The notes under the pieces: model-generated | The model's input: the letters and a program-made list of their open reading frames with translations, nothing else | Told to the model about the DNA's origin: nothing | Databases searched by the model: none | Made by a program: the position numbers and the translations under genes | Assembly (NCBI GenBank): GCA_017651565.1 | Contig: JAGCCQ010000050.1 | Coordinates: 1,918 to 65,917, forward strand | Direction: 5' to 3' | DNA: 64,000 bases | Origin: Bacilli bacterium | Lineage (GTDB): Bacteria > Bacillota_I > Bacilli_A > RFN20 > CAG-826 | Shown here: in pieces, positions 38,354-48,579 of the stretch | Numbering within the stretch: the stretch's first letter is position 1 | How the letters are laid out: each line of letters starts with the position of its first letter

Positions 38354-38737
38354 TTGAAAACATTTAAGGATATTCAAGATATTGTTATCAAGGAGTGCCG
38401 AGTAACAATTGTTGATAATAGTAAATGTTGGAGTAGGACACACGCACACGTTAAACAAAGAAAAGTTTGTAAATGGAAACAAGCAAGTAGTATTCAATCA
38501 ACCTTCACTCTGTTTCACGAGATAGGTCATATAATGACTTATAAGGGTTGGATGAGAAGATGTGAGAGTGAATACTATGCAACGGTTTGGGCTCTTGATA
38601 AATGTAAAGAGTTTAAACTAGATGTGCCAAAGTATATAATAGAGGCATATCAAAGGTATGTCTATAACGAACTTGAGCGTGGCTTAAGGCGTGGTGGATC
38701 TAATTACCCAACAAAAGAAGATTTGTGTTTATTATAA
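38354..38737 (+). CDS. Putative zincin metallopeptidase (HExxH)
   Basis: LFHEIGHIM...ESEYYA. Confidence 0.65.
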   Translation: MKTFKDIQDIVIKECRVTIVDNSKCWSRTHAHVKQRKVCKWKQASSIQSTFTLFHEIGHIMTYKGWMRRCESEYYATVWALDKCKEFKLDVPKYIIEAYQRYVYNELERGLRRGGSNYPTKEDLCLL

Positions 38738-38749
38738 TAGGAGGATAAA

Positions 38750-39031
38750 ATGATAAAAAACAATCAAGATCAGGATAGACAGTTACAAGAGTTAGCAAAT
38801 GACTTTATGTCTTTCCTATATGGTGTTAAACCAAAGCGTAAGAGGTTAAGACCTCTTACGAAAAGACTAACATATAATGGTGTTACTATAAAGTGGACGG
38901 AAGATGGTAGAGGCAATTTCCTAGATTTTGTCGGTAGCCACAAGTACGATTATTATGTGGGTAGGCTTAACGAAAACGAGTCAATTCGTGATTATGTTAA
39001 AAGATTAATTGACGAGGGGGCGTTTAAATGA
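38750..39031 (+). CDS. Hypothetical protein
   Basis: GGAGG RBS. Confidence 0.65.
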   Translation: MIKNNQDQDRQLQELANDFMSFLYGVKPKRKRLRPLTKRLTYNGVTIKWTEDGRGNFLDFVGSHKYDYYVGRLNENESIRDYVKRLIDEGAFK

Positions 39032-39237
39032 TAGACAATGTCGATCGAATTGAGATAGTAGGCTTAAATGGTTATGATAAGACCATTAAGCCCTCATCTC
39101 CTAGAGTTGTGGAGTCAAAATACTATATAGAGTACTATGACGATAGATTTCAGTATAGGCTTATAATTAAAAACGAAGTTAAAGAGGTAAAACTCTATAA
39201 AGGTAAAACCCTACTCAAATCAATAAAGACTAAATAA
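39028..39237 (+). CDS. Small hypothetical protein
   Basis: Overlapping start, GAGGGG RBS. Confidence 0.6.
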   Translation: MIDNVDRIEIVGLNGYDKTIKPSSPRVVESKYYIEYYDDRFQYRLIIKNEVKEVKLYKGKTLLKSIKTK

Positions 39238-39270
39238 AGAGACTTAATTGTCTCTTTTTTATATATTAAA
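39236..39270 (+). promoter_or_regulatory. Terminator fused to a class B promoter variant
   Basis: AAAGAGAC-TTAATT-GTCTCTTT, then TTTATATATTAAA. Confidence 0.6.
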
Positions 39271-39287
39271 ATAGAGGTGCAATTAGT

Positions 39288-40022
39288 ATGAATAACATTA
39301 GTTCCAAGATATTGGGAAACATAAAAGAAAGTAAGAAGAGAGTTATAAAAGAGAGTTGGGTGGAAGTGGACCACAAGAGCGTTAGTGACGCTGATGGTTT
39401 TACAACTGAATACACTTTATATAAAGACGATAACGGTAAGTTTAAAACTGTTTTTGGAGACAGAGATTTATATAACCCTGAAGATAATGCTGATATGGAG
39501 TTTGATAATGAAAAAGAAGCATTAGACTTTTATAATAGTTATGAAGGAATCGTTGAATCTTCGTATAATAAAGAGGATGGGAAAACTGATGAAGAGGTCT
39601 ATGAAGAGTATATGGCTCGTGAGAAAGAAAGAGCTGAAGAGGGTATTAAAGACTTATGCAATCAGATAACAGACGAGAGAAGACAGAAGTTTGAGGACCT
39701 TAAGGTTTTAACTGATGACAATATTGATTATGAGAAGACTTTAGTTAATGGTTTCTGGATACCAATAGACTTTGTTTATGCTGTTAATGACTCTGGAAAA
39801 GGGCACCACTTAAACCCATATATGGATCTAACTGATACAAATATATACTTCCTAGTTTATGAAAACGATACTATAGAAGACGCAATTAGAAGTTTATTTG
39901 ATGAATACAAAGCTGACAGTGCTTATTCTTGGGGAGATAACTTCTTATATGCTCTTGATAAGGCTAACCCAAATGCTTATCAAGAAATGCAAGATGACTA
40001 TAGTGAAGAGGAAGAAGACTAA
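39288..40022 (+). CDS. Putative internal head protein with leader, two modules
   Basis: Leader MNNISSKILGNIKE|SKKRVIKE|S; internal IVES; acidic. Confidence 0.65.
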   Translation: MNNISSKILGNIKESKKRVIKESWVEVDHKSVSDADGFTTEYTLYKDDNGKFKTVFGDRDLYNPEDNADMEFDNEKEALDFYNSYEGIVESSYNKEDGKTDEEVYEEYMAREKERAEEGIKDLCNQITDERRQKFEDLKVLTDDNIDYEKTLVNGFWIPIDFVYAVNDSGKGHHLNPYMDLTDTNIYFLVYENDTIEDAIRSLFDEYKADSAYSWGDNFLYALDKANPNAYQEMQDDYSEEEED

Positions 40023-40028
40023 ATATAA

Positions 40029-40223
40029 ATGTCTGATGAGTCATTAATACAAGTGCTTGGTGCTTGTATTGACACTATCTGCGAATTAAAGATCGACAAT
40101 GCTGATAAGATAGAACTCTTAATCAACATAAGAAACTTTTTAATGGTAGATAAGTATAAAAGGAACATAGACATTTTGCAAAAAGAAGAATATAAACTAG
40201 GGGAAAACAAAAGATATAAATAG
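40029..40223 (+). CDS. Small hypothetical protein
   Basis: 64 aa, immediately upstream of the portal. Confidence 0.55.
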   Translation: MSDESLIQVLGACIDTICELKIDNADKIELLINIRNFLMVDKYKRNIDILQKEEYKLGENKRYK

Positions 40224-40233
40224 AGGAGGACTT

Positions 40234-42180
40234 ATGGCACTATTTAAAAGAAAGAGTAAACAAACACTTAACGAGGGTAATGCTAATAACTATGAAATCG
40301 CTGGACTAGACTCGTTTAATTTTATACGAGGGTTAAGAAACATCGCCTCTGATACTTATAATGTAGACTATGTACTAGATAGGATGTTAGATGACGCTAT
40401 AATTTCATCAGCTATAGATATGTATATAGATGATACATTACAAGTTGATCCACAAAAACAAGAAATATTTTGGGTTGAAGTTGATAACACAGACGATAGA
40501 CTAGAGGATGAGTTAGCAAAAGGACTAACAACAGAGTTAAACAACTTCTTAAAATCAGAACTTCAAATGAATAAGAACTTAAGGCAGATCTTAAGAAGAG
40601 TTATTGTTTATGGAAGTTGTCCTACTCGATTAGATTTTATTGATAAATTAGAAGACGATAGGCTAACATTAATTGATAAGAATAAGAAAACCTTTGAGAG
40701 TGTTAGCGAGGTTATTCAAAAAGATATTTTTAGTGGTAAAGAGCAAGAAGACTTAACAGGGGCTTTATCAAAATTAAAAGAAGGGTTAGATTATAACCTA
40801 GAGAAAGCCTCTGATTATGATATAAAAAAGAAGATTGAAGAACTTGTTAAGGCTAGTCCTGGGAAGAAAAAATTAAAAGAAGATGTACTTTCTCGTGACG
40901 ATAAAGAAAATGTTAGAAGGTTAATGCGTGGTAGATGGTATACTGAAATAGTTTCTTCAGGAACTAATATCTGGGAGTTATGTGGTAAAGGAAAAACACT
41001 TGCTTATATGGATGTTAGAAAACCAAACTTCTTAATAAACCCAATTAATATTGTTAACTTTTCAAATGATACAGGTAAGTACTTTGTAAACTTTGAGGTT
41101 GGACCTTATCAAGAAGTAGATACAAAGAAAGATTACTTTGTATTAAAGAGAGGACAATCTTATTTAGATAAATCAATAGTTGCTTGGCAAGTATTATCAG
41201 CACTAGAAGATATTTTATTACTAACTCGTATGACAAGATCAACTCTATATAGAATATTCTCTGTCGAGGTTGGTAATAAAGGAGATGTAGCAACAAAACA
41301 ATTACTTCAAGATTTAAAAAATAAAATAAAACTTGATGAAACAATAAATGTTAAAGAAAGAATATATAATTCTGATTTAAGACAAATACCATTAGGAGAT
41401 AGTATATTTATTCCAACTAGAAATGGTATTGGTAATATAGATGTTAAAGTAGTTGGTGGAGATGTTAATTTAAAAGACGCAATAGATCTTGATTACTTTA
41501 AAGATAAGTTATTTGCTTCATTAGGTATTCCTAAAGCATTTCTTGGTTTCTCTGAAGAGAACGGTGGTGGGTTAATTAATACATCGTTAACTCGTATGGA
41601 TATAAGATATGCAAGAACTATAAAAGGAATACAGCAAATAGCTGCTGAAGGTTTAAAGGAGTTATGCTTAAAGTATTTATCTTTTACTAGACCTGAAAGT
41701 GTTTTAAGAGAATTACCAGATTTTAAAATTGTATTTACATCAATTAATACTGAAGAAGATAATCAGCGTTGCGAAACAAAACAAGTACAAATGGAAACAT
41801 TAGGAAAAATACTTGAGGCGTTTGAAGGACTTGGTATTAGTGTTGGAGAAACACCAACGCTTCGTGACGAGTTAATTAAAGAGTGGCTTGGATCTAATTA
41901 TTTAGAGATTATAAAAGAGGCAACAAAAGACGGAACACTAGCACAAGCAGACGAAGGTGGATCTGGTCTTGGTGGTCCAAGTTTGGGAGGAGGTCCTAGT
42001 TTAAGTGGAGGACCAAGTCTTGATACTTTTGATGGAGGACCTGATCTAGATAATTTAAGTGATGAGAACCCAGCTGAAAGTGATATTGATTTAGATACAG
42101 AACCTATAGGAGCAAATGACACAGACTTTGAGGCTAACCCAAGTCCAGAAGCACCTAGTGGTTTAAGAAGAACATTATAG
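40234..42180 (+). CDS. Portal protein (T4 gp20-like)
   Basis: SYLDK...WQVLSALEDILLLTRMTRS..YRIFSVEVGN, IFIPTRNG, DLDYFKDKLFASLGIP and DIRYARTI match gp20-family motifs. Confidence 0.88.
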   Translation: MALFKRKSKQTLNEGNANNYEIAGLDSFNFIRGLRNIASDTYNVDYVLDRMLDDAIISSAIDMYIDDTLQVDPQKQEIFWVEVDNTDDRLEDELAKGLTTELNNFLKSELQMNKNLRQILRRVIVYGSCPTRLDFIDKLEDDRLTLIDKNKKTFESVSEVIQKDIFSGKEQEDLTGALSKLKEGLDYNLEKASDYDIKKKIEELVKASPGKKKLKEDVLSRDDKENVRRLMRGRWYTEIVSSGTNIWELCGKGKTLAYMDVRKPNFLINPINIVNFSNDTGKYFVNFEVGPYQEVDTKKDYFVLKRGQSYLDKSIVAWQVLSALEDILLLTRMTRSTLYRIFSVEVGNKGDVATKQLLQDLKNKIKLDETINVKERIYNSDLRQIPLGDSIFIPTRNGIGNIDVKVVGGDVNLKDAIDLDYFKDKLFASLGIPKAFLGFSEENGGGLINTSLTRMDIRYARTIKGIQQIAAEGLKELCLKYLSFTRPESVLRELPDFKIVFTSINTEEDNQRCETKQVQMETLGKILEAFEGLGISVGETPTLRDELIKEWLGSNYLEIIKEATKDGTLAQADEGGSGLGGPSLGGGPSLSGGPSLDTFDGGPDLDNLSDENPAESDIDLDTEPIGANDTDFEANPSPEAPSGLRRTL

Positions 42181-42190
42181 GAGGTATATT

Positions 42191-45100
42191 ATGAAGATAC
42201 TAAAAGAAAACACAATTATAAAGACTTTAAAAGAAAGTGATGTTAATGCTGAAGGTTTAACTCTAATGGAAGTTATAGATAAACTATATGGTGGCTCTTT
42301 TGATTGTGATGTTTCAGATGTAGACATAGATATTTTAGTTTGTTTTAGTTACGATAAATATGTACTAGAAGATGATGAGTATTCTCGTTTCTTAAGAGTA
42401 CTTGCTGAAAGAACTAAAGTTGTTAAACAAATAACAGGCGAATATGGAAACACTTATGTCTGTGATTTTTCTTCTGTATTTAAGCCTTACAATGATGAGT
42501 TAATGAATATTTTTAATATGAATAACTCCGAGTTTGACGATAGCGAGGCTTACTATGAAGCAGTTGTTAACCTAGAGGCATTAATTCCAGGTTATGCTGG
42601 AGAAAGAACTTATAAAGAATTAAGTGATATACTAGAAGGAAAAGGGGAAAAACTAGAACCTGTTAATCAATTCAATCATAAGTCTTTAGACGAGGCTATT
42701 GATTTAAGTAAAAATAGGGCTATGGCTGGTGCTTTAGATAAAAATAAGATTGCAAAGTTTTTAAAGGACGCTGTAAATGATTTACAAACAACTAGTTATA
42801 CTTGTAGTCAGTATATTTTAGATCCAGAACTTGCTATCTATGTTGGTTGGTCTGCTGGATGGGGAGATGAAATAAGAGACGATATAATTCAAGATAAGGA
42901 AAACCCTGATTATGGACTAACGGCTGGTATCAGAATTAGAGCAACTTATTGGGCTGACTTTGAATATTTAGATAGTCCTTATTTTAAAGAAGATGGAGAG
43001 TACTATGACGCTGACTTATCAATGAAACCTAATATGACAGATAAAGACTATATTAAAGACGCAGAATATCTTATAAAGTGTTATAAAGAAATTAGAAAAG
43101 GTTTAGATAAAGGTACTTTAATATATGAGTCAAAGAAGGTTAAAGGAAAGAAAAAACTTAATGAGTCTAAAAAAGTATTAAAAGAAGGAAAAGAAAAAAA
43201 GAAATCAAAATTATCTTCTAATGATATTTTTGATGGTGTAAACTTTGAGTTTAAAAGTGGTAGTGATACTTTTTATATGTATGCTTCTTGGTATGACAAC
43301 TTTGACTTTGAAGAAGAGATAGAGAGTGGAAATATACCAGAGGACGCAAACGAAGAAGATTGGGGAGCAATATATTTTGATATATATGATACAAATGGAG
43401 AAAACATTGACGGTGGCTTAATGGTTACTGATGAAGATGATTTTACCGTTGAAAGTCTTTGCTCCGATTTAGCTGATCTTGCTGGATACTCTTCAGTAAC
43501 AAATGCTAAATTAATAGATAGTATCCCAAATAAAGATGGTGGTAAAGGTGCTAAAGTAACTTTATCTGATCTAGATAGTGAAGGGAAGAATTATACATTT
43601 ACAGGAGATAGAGGTAACGGAGAAGAAGAGATGATACTTAACTTCTTCACTTCTGGTAATGCTGATGGTATAGATTATACTTTCTATACTAAAGATGGAT
43701 CTGAAGTTGACGGTGGCGTTCTAGAAGTAGATAGTGAAAAAACTTGGAACTCTCCAGAGGAAGTTGCAAAAGAAATTATAGATTTCCAAGGAATTAAAAA
43801 TAAAGGAGATCTTAAAAAGTTAAACGATGGCTCTATAGAAGACATTTTAGAGGAATCAGTTAAGTCAAGTAAAAAAGTATTAAAAGAAGCAAATAGAACA
43901 AAACTAATTAAAAGTTATCTTGATTGTAAGTTAGAAAGAGATGGTAGTGGTTATGACATTGGTACTTCTTTTAAACAAGGAGAAACAGTAGAAGATTTTA
44001 TTAAAGACAACCACATTTCTATAGACAAGCCACTTTATCTGTTAAACAGATCTTTAAGAAATAACGGAATTAAACCTGTTCGTGCTTGGTTAGATGATGA
44101 AGAAACATATAATAAGTTTAAAAATTATGTTGATTGGCAATTAAGAGATGGTGCTATAGACGATCCAAACTATGTTATGACTTTATCTGATGAAGAGTAT
44201 AATAACTTATTAGTAAACTCTTGGATGAAGGATGAAGAAATGCGTGACGCATTTGAAGAGTTTGGACTAGAAGAGTCAATGGATCTTGTTGGATCTCATC
44301 CTGGTTATAATGACTTTAAAGGTAAAGATCAATTAAAGAAAGCATTAGTTTCTTCTATTACTGATTGGATAGACGATAATTACGGTAGCACTGAAGCTGA
44401 TGAACCTTGTTACAATATGAAGAAATTAGTTGATACCATAATTGACAGTGGTTGCTTAAGACAAAAAGATTTAAAAACAGTTATTTATGGTGTTATTATT
44501 AGTTGGATAGATGATAACTATGGTAGTACTGAAGCCGATGAGCCTTGTTATGATATGAAGAAGTTAACTGATGTTATTGTAAAAACAGTACAATCAATGA
44601 AGTTAAAAGAGTCAGACGAAGGTATTATAAACCCAGACGAAAAAGAATATTATGATGATACATTATATTTAGTTGGTTTATACCCTGGTGTTGGTTACGA
44701 ACTTGCAACATTTAAAGTTTATGCTAACAGTGAGGAAGGAGCACTTGAAACTGTAGTTGCTTATTGTGAAGAAAAAGGATATTTTGGTTTAATTACACCA
44801 ATTAATGATTTAGAAAAAGAAGTAGAAGAAACTTATAAAGATGAGTTTGCTGAATATCAAGCAAAAAACCCTGAAAGTGATTCTTTTGATTTTATTACAA
44901 ATTATCTAAATTACATTTATATTGACGCAACTCCAGAAGGTGCTAGTAAGCCATATTTTATTGACGGACAAGCAGTTTGTCATCCAATAGATAAAATAAA
45001 TGAAAGTATTGATTATGATAAAATTGTTGACGAGGGTATGACCGTTAAAGAACTAGACGATATAGCACAATGGTTATATGACTATAGAAGAGAAGAGTGG

Positions 45101-47185
45101 GACAAGTTTACTGATATTGAGTTAATTGAATTAGCAAAATTATGTCAGTTAACAGACGAGAACCCATTTGGAAGAAGTTATGATGATGAAGTTTTTGATG
45201 AGATGGATCGAAGAGGTTTATCTTTAAATAAAAATGAAGCCGTAACAACAAGTGAACCAAAAAGTGCAACTCAAACAACTAATTCTAAAAAGGTTAAAGA
45301 TTATCTAAATTATGAGTTACAGGACGATGATACTGAAACAGGTGGTGTATCTTTTAATGGAGAAACTGTTGAAGATTTTATCAAAGACGCAGATATAAAA
45401 GACGATGATGACCTAGATAAACTTAATAAGGCTCTAGTAAGTTGTGGAATAAAACCTATTACTGAAGGGTATGAGGGTAATTATCGTGGAGATGATTATT
45501 GGGACTTAAGTGATAGTTATACTAATGGTAATATAACAGAGGAAGAACTAGCACAAAGTCTATTAGATATGTATGACTCAAGAATAGAAGCTGTAAAAGC
45601 ATTTAAAGAGATAACTGATAATAAAGCATTTCCCAGAAAAGAAAAATCAACAGGATCAGATATAAAAGAGATTACTGATGAAGAGATGGGCTCTTATATA
45701 GAAGCCTGGGATAATGGAGACGAGTTACCATTTGAAGGAGATAGATTTATTACTGTTGGAGATGGAGACGGTCCTATTCGTGGTGTTGGTGGTAATGGTA
45801 TTATTGTTGCATTAGATAACAGAACAGGCGATTGTTGGGTTGAAGAGTTTGATAGTAAAGATAAAGCAATATCGTGGTTGAACGATGAGTTTAATGTTGG
45901 CGATGTTATTAATGAAGAAGAAAAAAGAAGAATAGACGAAAGTTTTAATATAAAAAGTGCTTATGTTTATGAAATAAATCTAATTAATATAATTGTAACT
46001 AACGGTCAATTTAGTGGATATTCTTACGAAGATATTAAAAAGGTATTAGAACAGAACATTAATTCCTTTACTAAAGATAAAGCAGACGATATTGAACTTA
46101 ATGATGGTAAATGGTTAATATTTGATGGTGTAAAAGGAATAGATAGATATAGATTTTATCAGTTTACAGTAGAAAAGCGTATGGTTGATCCAAAAGATAT
46201 AAAACCATTTCTAGAAGCAAAAGATGAGAGTTATGATGAGTATAGAAATTGGTGGGGCAGTAATATACAAACAGCAGTACCAAAAGAAGCACAAAAGATA
46301 ATAGCAGATCGTTATAGTGAAGACGAAATGATAGACTTACTTAAAGATTATGAATCTGCTGGGTTAGACCGTGTTGCTTTTAGAGATTCAATGGGTAATG
46401 GTAAGTTGAGAAATGAGTGGCTAATTATAAATGATATTTATATGATGGGTTTAACAGACGAAGATAAATATCCTAGATTGCATAAAGTTGCAAAAGAAAT
46501 ATACGATAAAAATAATACTGAAAAAGCAAAAGCAGAAGAACTTAACGGTGGAGGCAAAATAGAAAACGCCGTTAAGTTAGCCTCTGACGATTATAGAATA
46601 CACTTCGATAATAGAACACCATTTGATATGTTCTATGCACCTGAAGAGGATGAATACCTAGAAGATTATGATTATGTTAAGTATTACAATAAGATTTTAA
46701 ATAATTTAGGTTATGCTAATATTTTAATAAATCGTAGTCCTATGGTTACTTATGTATCTGATGGAAAGCAGGAGATGGACTTTGGTAGTGGTTATGTCAT
46801 AGATTTAAGAGCCTGGGATACATTTGAAGATGTTGTTAATAATACTAAAGATATTCTTGCAATATTAGAGGGGGAAGGATCTTTAAATGAATCTGTGGAA
46901 GATTTAGAAAAGAAACCCTTAAGTGTTAACAAGTTATTTAAGATCTGGTGTGATCTAATGATGGATATTGAAGATTTTGCTGATAAGTGGAACGGTTGCA
47001 AAGGAACACCAGACGAGGTAAGAAGACAAAGAATACAATTAGTTAACCCAGCTGTTGTTGAGTTTGTTAGTGAAAACTATGACTCAATTAAAGCACAATG
47101 GGACAGTTTTTATGATATTATGGAAGATAATAATTTCCACACGCCTTTAATAGCGATTGAAATGGAAATGAATAAATATAAATAA
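42191..47185 (+). CDS. Large multi-module polyprotein (1664 aa), putative head internal cargo
   Basis: Leader MKILKENTIIKTLKE|S; many LxE[SAG] sites; duplicated modules; two YT.Y...G..IDGG modules resembling polyvalent-protein LPD domains; a DNRTGDCWVEEF module. Confidence 0.75.
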   Translation: MKILKENTIIKTLKESDVNAEGLTLMEVIDKLYGGSFDCDVSDVDIDILVCFSYDKYVLEDDEYSRFLRVLAERTKVVKQITGEYGNTYVCDFSSVFKPYNDELMNIFNMNNSEFDDSEAYYEAVVNLEALIPGYAGERTYKELSDILEGKGEKLEPVNQFNHKSLDEAIDLSKNRAMAGALDKNKIAKFLKDAVNDLQTTSYTCSQYILDPELAIYVGWSAGWGDEIRDDIIQDKENPDYGLTAGIRIRATYWADFEYLDSPYFKEDGEYYDADLSMKPNMTDKDYIKDAEYLIKCYKEIRKGLDKGTLIYESKKVKGKKKLNESKKVLKEGKEKKKSKLSSNDIFDGVNFEFKSGSDTFYMYASWYDNFDFEEEIESGNIPEDANEEDWGAIYFDIYDTNGENIDGGLMVTDEDDFTVESLCSDLADLAGYSSVTNAKLIDSIPNKDGGKGAKVTLSDLDSEGKNYTFTGDRGNGEEEMILNFFTSGNADGIDYTFYTKDGSEVDGGVLEVDSEKTWNSPEEVAKEIIDFQGIKNKGDLKKLNDGSIEDILEESVKSSKKVLKEANRTKLIKSYLDCKLERDGSGYDIGTSFKQGETVEDFIKDNHISIDKPLYLLNRSLRNNGIKPVRAWLDDEETYNKFKNYVDWQLRDGAIDDPNYVMTLSDEEYNNLLVNSWMKDEEMRDAFEEFGLEESMDLVGSHPGYNDFKGKDQLKKALVSSITDWIDDNYGSTEADEPCYNMKKLVDTIIDSGCLRQKDLKTVIYGVIISWIDDNYGSTEADEPCYDMKKLTDVIVKTVQSMKLKESDEGIINPDEKEYYDDTLYLVGLYPGVGYELATFKVYANSEEGALETVVAYCEEKGYFGLITPINDLEKEVEETYKDEFAEYQAKNPESDSFDFITNYLNYIYIDATPEGASKPYFIDGQAVCHPIDKINESIDYDKIVDEGMTVKELDDIAQWLYDYRREEWDKFTDIELIELAKLCQLTDENPFGRSYDDEVFDEMDRRGLSLNKNEAVTTSEPKSATQTTNSKKVKDYLNYELQDDDTETGGVSFNGETVEDFIKDADIKDDDDLDKLNKALVSCGIKPITEGYEGNYRGDDYWDLSDSYTNGNITEEELAQSLLDMYDSRIEAVKAFKEITDNKAFPRKEKSTGSDIKEITDEEMGSYIEAWDNGDELPFEGDRFITVGDGDGPIRGVGGNGIIVALDNRTGDCWVEEFDSKDKAISWLNDEFNVGDVINEEEKRRIDESFNIKSAYVYEINLINIIVTNGQFSGYSYEDIKKVLEQNINSFTKDKADDIELNDGKWLIFDGVKGIDRYRFYQFTVEKRMVDPKDIKPFLEAKDESYDEYRNWWGSNIQTAVPKEAQKIIADRYSEDEMIDLLKDYESAGLDRVAFRDSMGNGKLRNEWLIINDIYMMGLTDEDKYPRLHKVAKEIYDKNNTEKAKAEELNGGGKIENAVKLASDDYRIHFDNRTPFDMFYAPEEDEYLEDYDYVKYYNKILNNLGYANILINRSPMVTYVSDGKQEMDFGSGYVIDLRAWDTFEDVVNNTKDILAILEGEGSLNESVEDLEKKPLSVNKLFKIWCDLMMDIEDFADKWNGCKGTPDEVRRQRIQLVNPAVVEFVSENYDSIKAQWDSFYDIMEDNNFHTPLIAIEMEMNKYK

Positions 47186-47196
47186 GGAGAGGTAAT

Positions 47197-47763
47197 ATGA
47201 AAGATAGATTAAGTAATACAATACTAAAAAACATTAATGAAGCCTATGAAGGTCCATCTTATGAAAACTATGTTTGTGATTATCTTGGAGATTATTTTAT
47301 AGCATTAGAGGAAAAAGGTTTAAATAATGGTTATACATCTTTTTATGATTTTGTTTATAGTCTTTTAGATCACGCAGAGGAAGATGATTGGTATAAAAAA
47401 GAAATGCGTCTCGTAGAAAAAATTGATGTTATAGTAAATAAAATAATAAATTATTTATATAAAGAAGACCATAAGCCCGTTAAACGATATAATCTTTTAT
47501 TAGATAAGAAAAAGACACCAAGTTTAACTAACTTTATGCTTGGATCTATTGGGTATATGTTTAAAAGTGAGGCAGATTCTAATATAGAGATTGATCCTAT
47601 AGGTCTTTATGATTGGTTAAGTGGTGGGGAAACATTTGAAATGCTTGTTAATGATGATGATACACCAATGTTTAATCAAACTGCTATTGATAAACTAAAT
47701 GAAATGTTAACCGAGTTAGATCCATTAATTCAACAAATAAATAAGTTATTATGTGAGGCTTAA
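47197..47763 (+). CDS. Putative internal head protein with leader
   Basis: MKDRLSNTILKNINE|A. Confidence 0.65.
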   Translation: MKDRLSNTILKNINEAYEGPSYENYVCDYLGDYFIALEEKGLNNGYTSFYDFVYSLLDHAEEDDWYKKEMRLVEKIDVIVNKIINYLYKEDHKPVKRYNLLLDKKKTPSLTNFMLGSIGYMFKSEADSNIEIDPIGLYDWLSGGETFEMLVNDDDTPMFNQTAIDKLNEMLTELDPLIQQINKLLCEA

Positions 47764-47772
47764 GGAGGAAAT

Positions 47773-48315
47773 ATGAAGAATATAAGTAATGACATATTCA
47801 GTAAGTTAAACGAAAGTGCTGAAGATAGTAAAGAAAGATTACAAGATATGGCTTATAACTTCTGTAGTGAAGTTGGTAGCGAAGCTGATCTTGAATATGT
47901 AATTAAAGAAATGAAATGGTGGTTAGAAGAAAGAAAAAGACAAAATAGAGAGGATAAGATTTCTAACCCAGGGAAAGATACATTTCCTAGTGATATGTCT
48001 GATGACGCTTTAAGAAAACATTTAAAAGGTCTTAAAGGTAAAGGAAATGCAACAAAACGAGCAGAAGCAAAAGACGAAATTAAAAGAAGAGGAATAAAAG
48101 AGGCAAAAAGTATAGACGAGTTTGATCCAGAAGTTTTAATTGATAATATAATATCTATGCTTAAGGATACAAGTGGAATTAAAAATGTAACAAAGAGCCA
48201 CGAAGACTATTCTGTTATAAGTGGAGACTATATATACTTTGATGAGTATGCTGACGATGGAGAAGTATACAAATGGGTTTTGGCTTTAGGAGAGGACGAT
48301 CATAATGAAGAATAA
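47773..48315 (+). CDS. Putative internal head protein with leader
   Basis: MKNISNDIFSKLNE|SA; internal IKEA. Confidence 0.65.
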   Translation: MKNISNDIFSKLNESAEDSKERLQDMAYNFCSEVGSEADLEYVIKEMKWWLEERKRQNREDKISNPGKDTFPSDMSDDALRKHLKGLKGKGNATKRAEAKDEIKRRGIKEAKSIDEFDPEVLIDNIISMLKDTSGIKNVTKSHEDYSVISGDYIYFDEYADDGEVYKWVLALGEDDHNEE

Positions 48316-48577
48316 TGTAAGTACAAAAATACTTGAAGGAATTGAAAACGCAACTGAAATCACTTCTAATATTCAAGGAGAGTGTCCTAAATGTGGAGGA
48401 ACATCACTAGACTATGGCGATGTTGTCTTTGAAGATTTTATTGACGATGGTGCTGTATATTTCCCTTGGACTTGTCCTGATTGTGGTGCTGAAGGTAGAG
48501 AGTATTACTATATATATTTTGCAACACATAAAGTAAAAGATAAGGAAGGCTACTTCGATGAAGTAGAAAAGTGGTAA
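48305..48577 (+). CDS. Zinc-ribbon protein with leader
   Basis: MKNNVSTKILE|G; CPKCG...WTCPDCG. Confidence 0.65.
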   Translation: MKNNVSTKILEGIENATEITSNIQGECPKCGGTSLDYGDVVFEDFIDDGAVYFPWTCPDCGAEGREYYYIYFATHKVKDKEGYFDEVEKW

Positions 48578-48579
48578 GT

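Noticed and set aside
44366-44566. CRISPR-like or DGR template/variable repeat reading of the duplicated segment
   Set aside because: Only two in-frame coding copies with mostly synonymous differences; no spacers, no adenine-specific pattern, and no reverse transcriptase in the window.
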